Below are positions 1 through 11,900 of a stretch of 64,000 bases of DNA, in pieces. The stretch is from a virus. Below the pieces are notes generated by a model. It ran no database searches, was not told the DNA's origin, and saw nothing but the letters and a program-made list of their open reading frames with translations. The position numbers were made by a program, and so were the translations under genes. Location: IMG/VR virus record IMGVR_UViG_3300027987_000382, positions 82,840-146,839 of that record; one strand, 5' to 3'. Within the stretch, counting starts at the first letter, position 1, and each line of letters opens with the position of its first letter.

Positions 1-585
1 CTCGGCGAAAGCTTTCACCTCATGTTCTCGATCTCTGTTATGAGGATAACCGCACCAATCATCAAAGCACATTACCGTGCCAGGTACGATCTTGTCGAAA
101 AAGGCCCCAAGGATCGTCTTACAAGAGCTGTAAAGATCCGAGTCGATGTGCATAAATGCCACAAGCTCAGAATGTTCTTTCACGAACTGAGGAAGCGTAT
201 CCTCAAACCAGCCCTTGACGAACCTGACATTCTTCGGCCAGTCTTCCCACACTTTGCCGTGGATCACGTTCTCACCTCGGAAGATTCGTTCTGGAATCTT
301 GCCACCAAGCGAGAACGTTCCCTTCGGATTTGTCGGAGTCCAATCCTCTGGTAGCCCTTCGAAACTGTCAAATCCGTAAATCGTCTTGTCGGGATTGCAG
401 TTGGCGATCGTCCCCAGTGATTTACCCTGGAAAACCCCGAATTCCATCCACAAGCCGTTCAACTTGACGTGCTTGAAGCAGTGGCTGAAATGAGTCCTGT
501 TGCAATCGCCGTGGATATGCGGGAATTTCGGTTCCGATTTCTCCAAATCGGCCAGTAATTCGTCTATTTTCTCATTGATGTCCAT
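1..585 (-). CDS. TylF/MycF-like class I SAM O-methyltransferase (runs off left edge)
   Basis: Not in ORF track; hand translation from ATG 585: MDINEKID...WMEFGVFQG...YGFDSFEGLPEDW...VKGWFEDTL...MHIDSDLYSS...FDD. Confidence 0.85.
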   Translation of the reverse strand, partial: MDINEKIDELLADLEKSEPKFPHIHGDCNRTHFSHCFKHVKLNGLWMEFGVFQGKSLGTIANCNPDKTIYGFDSFEGLPEDWTPTNPKGTFSLGGKIPERIFRGENVIHGKVWEDWPKNVRFVKGWFEDTLPQFVKEHSELVAFMHIDSDLYSSCKTILGAFFDKIVPGTVMCFDDWCGYPHNRDREHEVKAFAE

Positions 586-1276
586 CAAGTATCCTCTGTC
601 GTAATTCTGATGACGAGTAATTGTGCGATCGATCGTGGAAGTAGAGAACCCCGCAGTATTCCTTGCCTGTGATCTCACCCTGGTTATCAGAGCCAAGGAA
701 TCGAATATCCGGCCGGATATCCTTGAGCAGAGTTGTCAAGTCCGCTTCTGTGTCGTACTGAACTATCTCGTCAACGTACTTACAACCTTCAAGTTGAATG
801 CGACGCTCTTCAAGCGATTGAATTGGTTGATTTTTACTCGGCCGATCGATAGTTGGATCTGTCTGCAAGGCCGCTATCACGTGGTCACATCGTTCTTTGG
901 CTTCTTTCAGAATCAAACAGTGACCGGCGTGAAGAAGGTCGAAGCAACTCGCCAAGAAGCCAACTAATCTGATATTTTGTTCCATCCTCCATGCAGCCGT
1001 GCTGATCGCTTTGTCATCAACCAGACGATCGAACGAATGTTTCCCGGTCAAGAAGTAGTGATACTTGACGCCCCATTCGTTCAACTGGAAAATGCTCAGT
1101 GGTCCGTAATCTATCCCAGACGTTCCGCCACGCGATGTGTGGATCGTGATTTCGTGTCCCTCATCGTACAGCTGATTCACACGCTGGATCACTTTGAGAA
1201 GCGGAACCGCCTCTGAATAGTCCCTAGACGCTGGAGTTAAGCAGAGCGTCTCATCTAGGTCGAAATAGTATCTCAT
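572..1276 (-). CDS. HAD-like phosphatase fused to TagD-like cytidylyltransferase
   Basis: N-term FDLDET and DDK motifs; C-term CFDLLHAGH (HxGH) and YSSSELR. Confidence 0.8.
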   Translation of the reverse strand: MRYYFDLDETLCLTPASRDYSEAVPLLKVIQRVNQLYDEGHEITIHTSRGGTSGIDYGPLSIFQLNEWGVKYHYFLTGKHSFDRLVDDKAISTAAWRMEQNIRLVGFLASCFDLLHAGHCLILKEAKERCDHVIAALQTDPTIDRPSKNQPIQSLEERRIQLEGCKYVDEIVQYDTEADLTTLLKDIRPDIRFLGSDNQGEITGKEYCGVLYFHDRSHNYSSSELRQRILDGHQ

Positions 1277-2340
1277 AGAAGTCCACGAAATCTGCTCGCG
1301 ACCAAGCTGTATTCGTACACGGATAGGTACCTCTCATAGGTCATTTTGGCCAGTTCAGCACGATATCCAGTATCGAAGAATTTGCTCATCTCGGCAGCAT
1401 ATTCACCTACCGAGTCCGTAACAGCACCGATCCCTCGCACCTGCTCCAAATGGCCAAGGTTAGTCCCATCGCCGTAATGGCTAACGATCGGTTTGCCATG
1501 GGCCATTGCTTCAATGAGGCTAGCAGAACAGACCTCACCGTCGCGACGACAATGTGCATAGACGTCGATCGATTCAAGGAAGGCGTGAACCGTCTCTACA
1601 CCGGAGACTGGCAGAAAGATGACGTTCTTGATTCCCTGACTTTGGACGAACTGACGATGTTGTTGATCGCCACCAAGGATGACATAATAAGTGTTATTGC
1701 GTACTATTTGAGAAAAGGCGTTCAAGGAGACGAGCGATGGAACCCCAGGTGCTTGGTGTAATCCAAACACAAGAGCGTCGGCCGGAACACCAATTGATTC
1801 TCTGAAGCCCGTACCATCGACTCGTGGGATTGGAATTAGAGACGGGATTACCTCGAGCTTTGACGTATCACCACCATTCGCTTTCCATTGATTCGCTTGC
1901 CAATTGCACAAGAGCACCGACTTGCGAATGTTGGGGGCATTGTAGACATGCCACCCATGGATCGTGTGAATAATCGGGACTCGCCCCAATTTGGTGTATG
2001 GAAATTCTGGCCTTCCGTCACCGGCTGTTACTAACCGATCGTACTTCGACTCATCGAACAGATCAAAGAAATTGGTGTCAACCCAACCAGCTCCATCTGC
2101 CGCACTTCTGCGTCTACTTAACTGCACCAATTTGGTGTTGATCCCGGCGGATTCGACAAGCTCTTTCCTGGCAGGACATGTATCTGGATGTTGCCAGTTC
2201 GTTCCCTCGATTGGTGTCGCATTGGTGTAAAAGTAATCGACTTCGTGACCGGCTTCTTTGTACAATAATGCAAGACTTTGGAGGTACTTTTCAGTGCCAC
2301 CGGCCGCCAAACCACCGTACTTGCAAAAAGCGATTTTCAT
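1273..2340 (-). CDS. Glycosyltransferase family 4
   Basis: GGTEK N-term; GEVCSASLIEAMAHGKPIV (ExxxxxxxE) motif. Confidence 0.85.
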   Translation of the reverse strand: MKIAFCKYGGLAAGGTEKYLQSLALLYKEAGHEVDYFYTNATPIEGTNWQHPDTCPARKELVESAGINTKLVQLSRRRSAADGAGWVDTNFFDLFDESKYDRLVTAGDGRPEFPYTKLGRVPIIHTIHGWHVYNAPNIRKSVLLCNWQANQWKANGGDTSKLEVIPSLIPIPRVDGTGFRESIGVPADALVFGLHQAPGVPSLVSLNAFSQIVRNNTYYVILGGDQQHRQFVQSQGIKNVIFLPVSGVETVHAFLESIDVYAHCRRDGEVCSASLIEAMAHGKPIVSHYGDGTNLGHLEQVRGIGAVTDSVGEYAAEMSKFFDTGYRAELAKMTYERYLSVYEYSLVASRFRGLL

Positions 2341-2360
2341 ACGCTGGAAAACCTATCTTT

Positions 2361-3899
2361 ATGGAAACAACAAAAGTATCCGGTCTAACGATCGTCCGTA
2401 ACGCCATTTCGAACGGCTACATGATCGCCGAAGTTATCGACACTTTGGCGGCAGTGGCAGAGCATCAGATAGTTGTATGTGACGGCCACTCTGACGACGG
2501 CACGTACGAGTATCTACAGACACGAAACGACATCGAATTATTCCAAGACCGGTGGGATCTCGAATCCGAAAACGGCCTGGAATTCGCCAAGATTACCAAC
2601 CTTGGATTGAAACGATGCACCGGAGACTATATATTCTATCTTCAAGCCGACGAGCTGATCCATGAAGACCAGATCGAACAGCTCAAAGAATTGATCCAAT
2701 CTGGCAAGTATAACTCTATTTCTTGCAAATTCAACCATATCAGATACGATTTGGAATTTGCATTGACAGAAGGCTACCAAAGAGCCGCCAGAGTGATCAA
2801 GAACAATGTCGGCATCAGCTCTGCTTACGACGGCTATGATTTCCAGGGCAGCGGTATGCACCCACAGTGCATTTCAGGGGTCAACATCTACCACTACGGC
2901 TACGTCTTCCTCGAGAACATCATGAGGAAGATGATCAATCACTCCGACAATTTCTACAACAGAGCACCGAATTACGCGAACAGGAAACGCCTCGCCCAAG
3001 ATTTCCTGAAGAGGATAGAGGCAGGTGAGGTTCTAAACGCTCTCGACCTACAGAAGACTCTGGAACCAGAGTACACGATACAAAAGCATGGTTTGCCGCT
3101 ACCAGCCTGCATGGAAAGGTTACGGATCACAACAATCACCTACAGCACTGTTACCAAGTATACCTTACCACCGATTCCAGAGCCACCGGAGCCTAAAGAG
3201 CCAGAAGGTCCCGTGCGTACCATCGAGGATCTCGCCGTACATATCCCATTCTGGGATATCGCTGGTATCAAATTCACACGATCACACAGAGGCAACGCGT
3301 GGGTGAATCATAGGCTAAAAATAGCGTGCCTCGGGATACCAAAATGTGCTAGCACATCGTTGAGAAATCAGTTCAAAATGTCGGAACTGATGTTGGTTGA
3401 AGATATCCCAGACGATTATTTTCTATTCAGTGTGATAAGAAACCCGATCGGCAGAATTATCTCTGCATACATCGAGGTAGTCGAGAAGTGCCGGGCTTAT
3501 CCAAATGGCAGATATAACACAGATCTTGAACTTTCTGAGGATCAAGTCTCGTTACTCGATGATTTGATGGCTGACTACGACGATTGTGGCCGTTTCTCAG
3601 TCTATCTCAGCAAAATCCAAGATGAACTTGGTTTCTTCGAGCTTCACTGCGTTCCGCAGATCATCTATCTCACGAACGAAAACAATCAGTTAATACCACG
3701 CATAGAGATCTTCAGGATCGATCGGCTCGAAGCCTTAGAGAAACGGCTCGGCACCAAAATCCAAAAAGAGAACCAGTCAGAGAACCCTGGTCTGAAGAAT
3801 AAACTGGGGCACTTCGTGATGGCAAATTCCACTATCAGAAAACAGATCGCCCAGCTTTACAACTACGACGCAAGAATCTGGGAAGAGTACGGCTTGTAA
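2361..3899 (+). CDS. GT2 glycosyltransferase fused to sulfotransferase family 2 domain
   Basis: DGHSDDGT and QADE; Pro-rich linker; IPKCASTSL and VIRNPIGRIISAY PAPS motifs; start moved to ATG 2361. Confidence 0.8.
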   Translation: METTKVSGLTIVRNAISNGYMIAEVIDTLAAVAEHQIVVCDGHSDDGTYEYLQTRNDIELFQDRWDLESENGLEFAKITNLGLKRCTGDYIFYLQADELIHEDQIEQLKELIQSGKYNSISCKFNHIRYDLEFALTEGYQRAARVIKNNVGISSAYDGYDFQGSGMHPQCISGVNIYHYGYVFLENIMRKMINHSDNFYNRAPNYANRKRLAQDFLKRIEAGEVLNALDLQKTLEPEYTIQKHGLPLPACMERLRITTITYSTVTKYTLPPIPEPPEPKEPEGPVRTIEDLAVHIPFWDIAGIKFTRSHRGNAWVNHRLKIACLGIPKCASTSLRNQFKMSELMLVEDIPDDYFLFSVIRNPIGRIISAYIEVVEKCRAYPNGRYNTDLELSEDQVSLLDDLMADYDDCGRFSVYLSKIQDELGFFELHCVPQIIYLTNENNQLIPRIEIFRIDRLEALEKRLGTKIQKENQSENPGLKNKLGHFVMANSTIRKQIAQLYNYDARIWEEYGL

Positions 3900-4817
3900 T
3901 TACGCGTCAATTACGTTTAAGACTCGCTCTGGGGCGAACTCGTCCAAGACGGTCCTTTTCAGGGGTGGCTCACTGACCATTGACAAATATTCGCTATCGT
4001 TGGTCAGGATTTTCTTAACTCGCTTGATTACGGCTGGCCAATCATCTCGGCCGCCAACTGGAATGAAGTTCCGTTCGTTGAAGTATTCAAATATCTTGTC
4101 CGCTCCCCAATAGATTGGCACACATCTGGTGCAAACCCCATGAAGTGCCTTCTCTGTAAGGTATCCGGGATGCTTGCTGTTTTCAAAAGCGATGATTGAT
4201 CGGTATCGATTGATGAAGTCGATCTTTTGTTTCTGATCCCCACGTCCACCAATTTCTGGGCAATTATTCAGAACCGGCCCAGCACAGTCTACTTTGAGGT
4301 GTTTCTGCATTTCTCTGCAGAATTGATTCCTCTCTGTTGCGGTTGGGTTCTTTGCTAAGAAGCAACAACCGTCCGTCTTTTGGCGAAGAAGAACATTACT
4401 ATCTGTGATCGGCTCGAACAGGCTGTCCATACTCGCCAGGAACGCCATGTCGCGGTTGTGATCGTACGGAACATTGAACCAGTTCATGAACAGCACGAAT
4501 AGAGGCAGGTAGGTGTTCCTTCCCTCGGTCTTGTCGAATGTCAAAGTGACGTCGTAATCAAGCTTTATATCGGTCCAGTGCCCATTATGCACAGACCAAA
4601 GTCCTCTGTTTTCACCGCTGAAAAACACCTTCTTGCAGCGGTGCTTTTCGTACCGAAGCTTATCCATGCTGTAGCACGACATGAAGACGATGTCAGGGTC
4701 TGACTCGTCGATGAGTACGTCGTACTTCTGCGAGAGGAGATGGAAGAAATAATTGTCTCGTTTTGGTAGGGCTGGCCAGAAATCAACGAAGTCGATTTTT
4801 ATCGTTGGTGACTGCAT
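3900..4817 (-). CDS. GT10 alpha-1,3-fucosyltransferase-like
   Basis: IAFENS..PGYLTEK...VPIYWG signature. Confidence 0.9.
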   Translation of the reverse strand: MQSPTIKIDFVDFWPALPKRDNYFFHLLSQKYDVLIDESDPDIVFMSCYSMDKLRYEKHRCKKVFFSGENRGLWSVHNGHWTDIKLDYDVTLTFDKTEGRNTYLPLFVLFMNWFNVPYDHNRDMAFLASMDSLFEPITDSNVLLRQKTDGCCFLAKNPTATERNQFCREMQKHLKVDCAGPVLNNCPEIGGRGDQKQKIDFINRYRSIIAFENSKHPGYLTEKALHGVCTRCVPIYWGADKIFEYFNERNFIPVGGRDDWPAVIKRVKKILTNDSEYLSMVSEPPLKRTVLDEFAPERVLNVIDA

Positions 4818-5428
4818 TGGTAAGTTCCGTTTTCTGATCCTTGGACAACGATCCCCGGCTCGTACCAGTACACGTTGAGGTTATGCTTCAGAAATCGATA
4901 ATTCAGATCCCAGTCAATTGCGGCATAGACTCTGTCGCTAACGAGATCGTCGTAGACTGTTTTAGCTGCTCGGTGATGGATGAGCATGCTGTCTGCACAT
5001 TTCGATTTCAGTCTCCCGGTGTGTTTGACAAATCCTTTGCCAGGTATCGTTAGGTTTAAACCAGTGCCAAAGAAGCACCAATCCAGATCGCCAGGCATTG
5101 TAGCACATTCGCGGACAAATTCGTCAAATTTCTTCGGGTCGAAGATGGCATCGTCTTCGAGTATGATTGCTGGCTCGCCACCGCGTGCGATCTTTCCGAA
5201 CGCTCGGAAATGTTTGTGGTAAACCGATCTTTCCAGTTTGGTGGTTGCATGCATCGGCCACCCATCAGGAAGCGTCGCCTTGTTTTCCTCAGGTGTGGAG
5301 AATTTTACTGCACTTGTTTCAGAGGTGATTAGTTCGATGTCTTCGACAGTCTCACAGGCGAGCAATCGCTCAAACATCGGAGAAATCCTCTCCTTCAGTG
5401 CTTTGTAGTGGAGCAGATAAACTTTCAT
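4799..5428 (-). CDS. GT25-like glycosyltransferase
   Basis: SVYHKH, IILEDDA, AIDW, V.QGS pattern. Confidence 0.7.
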   Translation of the reverse strand: MKVYLLHYKALKERISPMFERLLACETVEDIELITSETSAVKFSTPEENKATLPDGWPMHATTKLERSVYHKHFRAFGKIARGGEPAIILEDDAIFDPKKFDEFVRECATMPGDLDWCFFGTGLNLTIPGKGFVKHTGRLKSKCADSMLIHHRAAKTVYDDLVSDRVYAAIDWDLNYRFLKHNLNVYWYEPGIVVQGSENGTYQCSHQR

Positions 5429-5476
5429 CTGAATCCTCACGGTACATACGACAACCTTTAATAATTACGGTGACCA

Positions 5477-5914
5477 ATGGCGAAACGACGCAAGCAACCA
5501 ACATTTTTCGTGCTCGAAGGAACAATCCTTTGCTATGAGGACGGAAGTATGTTGGAGTTGCACGGACAAGTCCAACCAGCTGAATGGGAACAGATTGTCG
5601 AGGAGACAGTCAAGTATCTGGTCTTTGTCGAATGCCTCAAATCTACTGGCATTCCGCTCCTGGAAGAACGTTGGACCGAAGACGACGACTACTTTAGGAT
5701 TCAACTCGAAGTTGCCGTATCTAGGATGAGGAATATCGATCCTCTCCTGGTGGCAAAATTCAAGCAGGACGAAATCGCCGAAGAGTACAAGAAGCAAATG
5801 AAAAGTGGGGCCATCGAAGTTAAAGAGGTGGTCACCCAAGTCCGGGAAGCCAACAAGCAGGCAATCCTGGATCGTTTCGGCGATGGTAATGCTACGCAGG
5901 TGTCGGATCTTTAG
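5477..5914 (+). CDS. Hypothetical protein
   Basis: 145-aa ORF, no motif recognised. Confidence 0.6.
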   Translation: MAKRRKQPTFFVLEGTILCYEDGSMLELHGQVQPAEWEQIVEETVKYLVFVECLKSTGIPLLEERWTEDDDYFRIQLEVAVSRMRNIDPLLVAKFKQDEIAEEYKKQMKSGAIEVKEVVTQVREANKQAILDRFGDGNATQVSDL

Positions 5915-5959
5915 CCTCGAATCTACACAAATCTACTGTAGATTCTTGAGAGCGAGGAT

Positions 5960-8900
5960 ATGGCCACTGGCACCGTAAAAGACCCGTTCGAAGACTACAA
6001 ACGCCCCATTTGTGGCGAGTTCGTCGAGATCGGGCAACCAACATTCGCTGAACTTATCTGGGCTCGAGAAGTTCTAACACGAGCCACAAGCGGCCCCGAC
6101 CCAGACGTCGCGACGGCCCTCAGGATTATTGCATATAGCAAAGGCCCTGTCGAACTGCCGGAAATGCGGAAGAAAAAATCCTTCCACGCAATTCCACCGC
6201 CAGTAGCATCAGAGGCTGCAGCCGCCAAATACGCAGTCAACGCCAGAAATAACGCCAAAGCATACAAGCAGAAAGTCAAGGGCCTCGGCATCGCTAAGAC
6301 GAGCGTTGAATTTCGCAAACTCGTCGCCAACGACCCAGAAATCCTCTCCGGTGATCCAGAACTACTCAACCCATTAGGTCTGGAAGATTGCGTTATGCTT
6401 TCTGGTGGCGGGTTCGGTGGAATCACTCCCATCATCACGCCGACAGGATGCCCACCTAGCGAATGCGTCGTTGACGCTGTTTTCAGCATCGACAATAGCG
6501 GCAGTATGGGCCAATCCATTACTAATGTCAAGAACGGTGCGAATCAGATGGCATCTCTGATTTCCACCGTTGCCAATGGCAGCTACCGATTCGCTCTAAC
6601 AAGATTCGGTCAAGGACAAAACAACGGCAACCTTGACGTCCTGTTGGACATGACAAACCGCAATTGCGGTAATATTACTGAGTTCCAGACTGCCGTCAAC
6701 ACGATGAATGCCTCTGGTAGTACGGAACCGTGGCACCAGCAATTGCTTCAAGTTCAGGGTAACGCAGGTCTTCGCTGGACATTCAGAGAAGAGTCGAACG
6801 CAAGGATCATCTTCACAATCACAGATGAGTCCGGCAATGTCACCACCGCTGACACATTGGCAGCCGCATCCAAACTAGGCAGTTGCAACATTCGTTGGGT
6901 TCTGATCTGGACCGGACTGATAAACCCTTACAACCAGACATTCCCAAATCGAACTGCTGATGGATTCTCGAACGAAGGACAATTTTTCGACGCAATCGCA
7001 AAAAGGACTGGTGGCACCTGGGTGTGGGCTCCAAGAGGCACAGATATCGTGCCACTCATGACGAGCTTCATCTTCAGCGTCTGTGCCTCAGCTGGTGAAC
7101 TGGCCGAATGCCCAGGCGGTGTTGACAAAATCCTGAACGGAAGATTCGAAACGAGCATCGCCAACTGGAATAATCTTTCGACGCTTCCCCGTACGATCAG
7201 CTGGAACAGCGGGTTTCAATCACTCGAATTAAATGGGGCCGCTGGTCAAAAGGTCACTGGTCTTACTCCAGGTGACATCGCTATCATGAGTTTCGACGTC
7301 TGGGTCGAAACCACTCCGAGTGCTGCGAAAGCGGACGCCCCACTTGTTCCGCTTTCTGGTCCTGCGTGCCCAGCTGGGTATTCGCTACTAGACGAGGATG
7401 ATTGGACTGGTGGCAACACCTCTCTCCAAGGTTGGGATGGCAGTGGGGCAATAGTCGAAACAGGTGCTATGAAGTTCGCTACCATCAACGAAGGTGGCGG
7501 AACTGGCTCCTTGACAGACAAGTTGATCTTGACGGCCTCAGATAAGATCAAGACTTCGAATCCAGATGGCACCGGTCTCACCGATTTGCTAACTGGATCT
7601 GGGAATGCACGCGATCTTGATGTTGACACCGTCCAAAAGCACATTTATTGGATGGAAATCAACCAAGCGGGCGGCACCGAGAACGCCATTTATCGTGCGA
7701 ATTTTGATGGCAGTGGTATAACAAAGATCAAGGACGTCGTGTATTCGCTCGGATTGTTTGTCGAGAGCACCACTCCATCCTACATCTACTACGGCGAAGC
7801 ATCTGGGTCGTTCAGAATCAGAAGAATGGATCTCGATGGCACGAACGAAATAACTATCGCCACCAGCCCACGCCGAGTAGTCAGATTACAAGTAGACAAA
7901 GACAACGGCTACATCTATTGGGTTGGATCGTCATCGGCCAGCAACGGCAGCGTCTATCGATGCAATCTTGACGGAAGCAATCTGATTGTCATCATCGACG
8001 AAACATCTCAGCCAAAGATGGCGAATGCCAGAGGTATCGCCGTCGATAAGGCTAACGGCAAGATCTACGTCGCAACAGCCACCGACTTGTTATGGATGAA
8101 TCTGGATGGTTCTGGATTTGCCGACATCGGAGACACAGGCGGTGCTGGCGATGATGTCTGGATTGATCCAGTGGCAGGCCGTCTCTACGTTGCAGATGGT
8201 GGTACGGACACAGTTTTCAAGTATCGACTCGATGGCAGCAACCGACAACAACTATTCCCAACCAGCACAGCCAATTTCAGTGGTGTAACCAGGCTCGCCG
8301 CCAATGCTGGATATGTCACCAAAACAAGCACCGGACTCACACCAGGAGATGATTTCAGATTTGCTGTTGATTTTCAAGCGATTGGTGGGTCCGGAACAGT
8401 TGCGATACAATTGTTTGACGGAGCGGTTCTGCTGGCTGAGAAAACCGGTATCACGATCGCCGCGATCGAGAACATCTCAGCAACTGTCCCAGCAAGCGGA
8501 CAGATCACTGCAGTCATCAGAGCCATTCCGAATCCAACATTCAGCATGTCCATCAGAGTTTCTTCCACTTCATTCTGCGTCTCTGGTGCGGTCGGTGGCA
8601 GCGGTGGATTGCTGAAGTATAAGCTGCGGAACAATTCTGGCATAGTCTTAACCGAAGACTCTGTGACCGACTCTGATCTTCAACCTCCAGGCGTGGCTAA
8701 CGCACAAAGATTCGACCTCTTTACCACAATTGGTATAGATGGGACAATCGAAGTCTTCTTCACAGCGGAAGATGGCGACGACGTCGATTTTTATATCGAC
8801 AACTGTCTGCTGTGCATTCTGAAAGAAGACGACTGCGGCCCAGGAACCAGAAACCTCGTCCTCAATCCGAACTTCGAAAGTGGCGTCGAATTCTGGGACG

Positions 8901-11900
8901 ACAGCACGAACACCCCGATTTCGCCAACAGACGACCCAAACGTCTGGGACGACTTGCTCAACGCCATCATCGTCAGCATCACCGGTGAGCGGGAAGTCAG
9001 AACAACAATCAACGACCTGAAGCCCGGTGCGAACTACAGCGTTAATTTCGAGTTGACATCATTCGAACCGGAAGTAATCGGCACTCTCGAATTCATCTAC
9101 GGTGTTCTGGACTCCAGCGATGTCGTGATCATTCAAGCGACGAAACTCCGTAGCGAGGTCAATCCGCCAGAGAGACTGCAAATCGATTTCGTGGCACCAG
9201 CCAATGGAATCGCACGAATCTTCTTCAAAGGCGGCATCACTAGTGGTGTGGCCAAAATTCGCAACGTCCTGTGCTGCGAAAGATCCGGAGAATGTGAGCC
9301 GGGATACACAAAACTGTCGTTCAACGACTTTTCGACTGGTCGTGGTGCGTGGGCAGGTGGCACATACGACGCAGTCAACCAATTGATGACGTTGGGAGCG
9401 ACTGGCGGTGGCAATGATATTCTCAGCCAGACGTTTGCAGCACTCGACCCAGGCTCAACGATTCAGATCAGCCTCAATGTTCTGAACAGTCCAGGTGGAG
9501 TGGGGGTATTCCAAGTTGAATTCCACTCCGATGGTATCATTGACCAATTCAACACCGGCGGAACACCCGGCATAAAAAGCTTCTCGTCGATCGTCCAAGA
9601 CAGCGGCCTCGTGCTGATCAGAATCAAGAATCTATCAGCATTTGCCGCCAATCTCGACGATATCCTCGTTTGTGTCCAGAACGCACCGCCTTGCGACGGC
9701 AGCATCACGAATCTTGAAGTGCTGGTTGAATGGGACGGGATTCCGCGTAAACCAACCAATCTGTTCAATGCCATTGTCAGGTACACGATTAGAGATCCGA
9801 ACGACCCATTCTCCATCTCGACGGTGACGCACATTCCAACGGACGAAGGTGCCCTTGGCCTGGCTTCTTGCGACCTTTGGAAGCAACAGGGTCAAGGCGG
9901 TGCTCCGCAGAATGGAATTTTGGCCTTTGGAATGACTCCATCGTTGGCCGCCACTATCGATAATGGCGATTTCGCTAGTGTCGCCACAAGGACAAACTGG
10001 GTTTGGTCGATTCCGGACACAGGCGGCATTCAAGACACGCTCTCGATCGCGTTCCCAGATCCACCAGAGGGTCTGATCGAAAGTGTAGAAGTGTTCTTGC
10101 TGATGAATCACGTGACTCCAAGCGGGTCTGATTCGTCGCCGGTTCACCCAGCACCATTGCTATGCACACCGGACCTTGCTTCTGAATTGACAGTTTCGAT
10201 TCGTTACATCAATAGCCAGAATCTGCAGCGTGAGTTCACCAAGAAGATCAACAAGAACGATGTCTGGCAGCAAAATGCAGATTTCACTGTCGGTCTCCCG
10301 TGGGATACCGATACGCCTCTCGGTAACGGATTAAAGGGTTCCTCCGCACGATGGGAGTCGTGGGAATTCGTACTAGACGATGTTGATGGCAAGGGCCTAG
10401 ACCAGTGCACCACGGCTTTGTTCTTTACAGCAACAGGCCAAGGTGTACTCACTTTCCCAGAATTCGGTTTTAAGAACTCGAAGGCACGATTTGTCGATGC
10501 TTGTTTAGCCGAAATTCTCATCACCGGTCTATCAGCTGGCTCGGCGGTCAATGAAGTCCAGTCAATCGTTCTGCCGAACCCATCTGGTGGAACTTGGACA
10601 TTAACTTTCGATTTCGGTACGGTCGAAACGACGGCCACAATCCCGTGGAATGCGTCGGCGACGATGGTTCGAAATAAACTCGCGGCGTTGCCGAACATCG
10701 GTTCAAACAACAATGTATCAGTCACTGGAACTGGAACTCAGGCCGATCCGTTCCTCGTGACATTCAAGGGAACTCTCGGTGCGACTGACCACAAACTATT
10801 GGTGGCAAATGGGTCTGGTCTAACTGGTGCGTCGACCGCATTCGTTACAACAATCACAGATGGAACAATCAACGAACGTCAGACGATCACTCGCAACAGT
10901 AGCACAGTAACAGCCGACTTGTTGATCACATTCGGCGGACAAACCACTGTTCCTCTTGCATACAACCGCAGCTTGAACGAAGCTCAATCAGCCCTAGAGG
11001 GTCTCTCGAGTATCGGTGCTGGAAACGTCACAGTCAGTGGCGACGTGACCGATCGCGACGCTCCTTACACCGGCCCACTACGAGTCGATTTCATCAACGC
11101 TCTTGGCGGCCAGAATGTGTCGCTGATGACCGTATCGCCAGCGTCGCTCTACACCGTCACGCAGGATTGGATGGGTGGTGTGCCGCCAGCTGGTGGCGTC
11201 AATGAGAAACAAGAAGTTACTGTCGAAGCATTTGGCGGCACATTCGTGCTCCGCGTCTTCGACATCGGTGGTACGGCCCCAGATATCATAGTCAACACGG
11301 TACAAGATGGTGGTAATACCAACGTTGACATTTATGATATTGAATTTGGTGGAACCCTAGCCGGACAAGATATCACCGCATGTAGAGGATTGTTCTTTTC
11401 CCCAAGTGGTGCCTGGAATGCTGAGGTTTCAACTGTCAGAAACGGTGCGGCTGGTACTGATCCGATCACCGAAATCCAAAGGTATTCTCTCATCTGGAGT
11501 AGCGGGTTCACTACAGGTTCGTGGGACATCCGAAACATCAGCGGTGAATGCAACATCGACCCGATTTTCTCCTCTATCCAGGGTTTATTGCTAACAGATC
11601 TCACGAAGGGTGTTAATCAATCCTCAATCATCAAAGGCGATCTGGAAACAGCATCAGCTATCACTGTCGGCGACCTCACTGTGACGAATGTCCAGCTCGC
11701 TGGTTCTCTGAATGAGATCCAGACAATCACAATCACAGGCAATCCAACCAGTGGGACATTCACCCTTACAATCGCCGGGGAAACAACAGCCCCAATTCCA
11801 TACAATGCAACCGCGACCCAGGTCCAAAATGCACTCAATTCGCTGATGGCACTTGCTGGAGTCACAGTTACCAAATCCGGAAGTCTACCAGGCGATGTCA

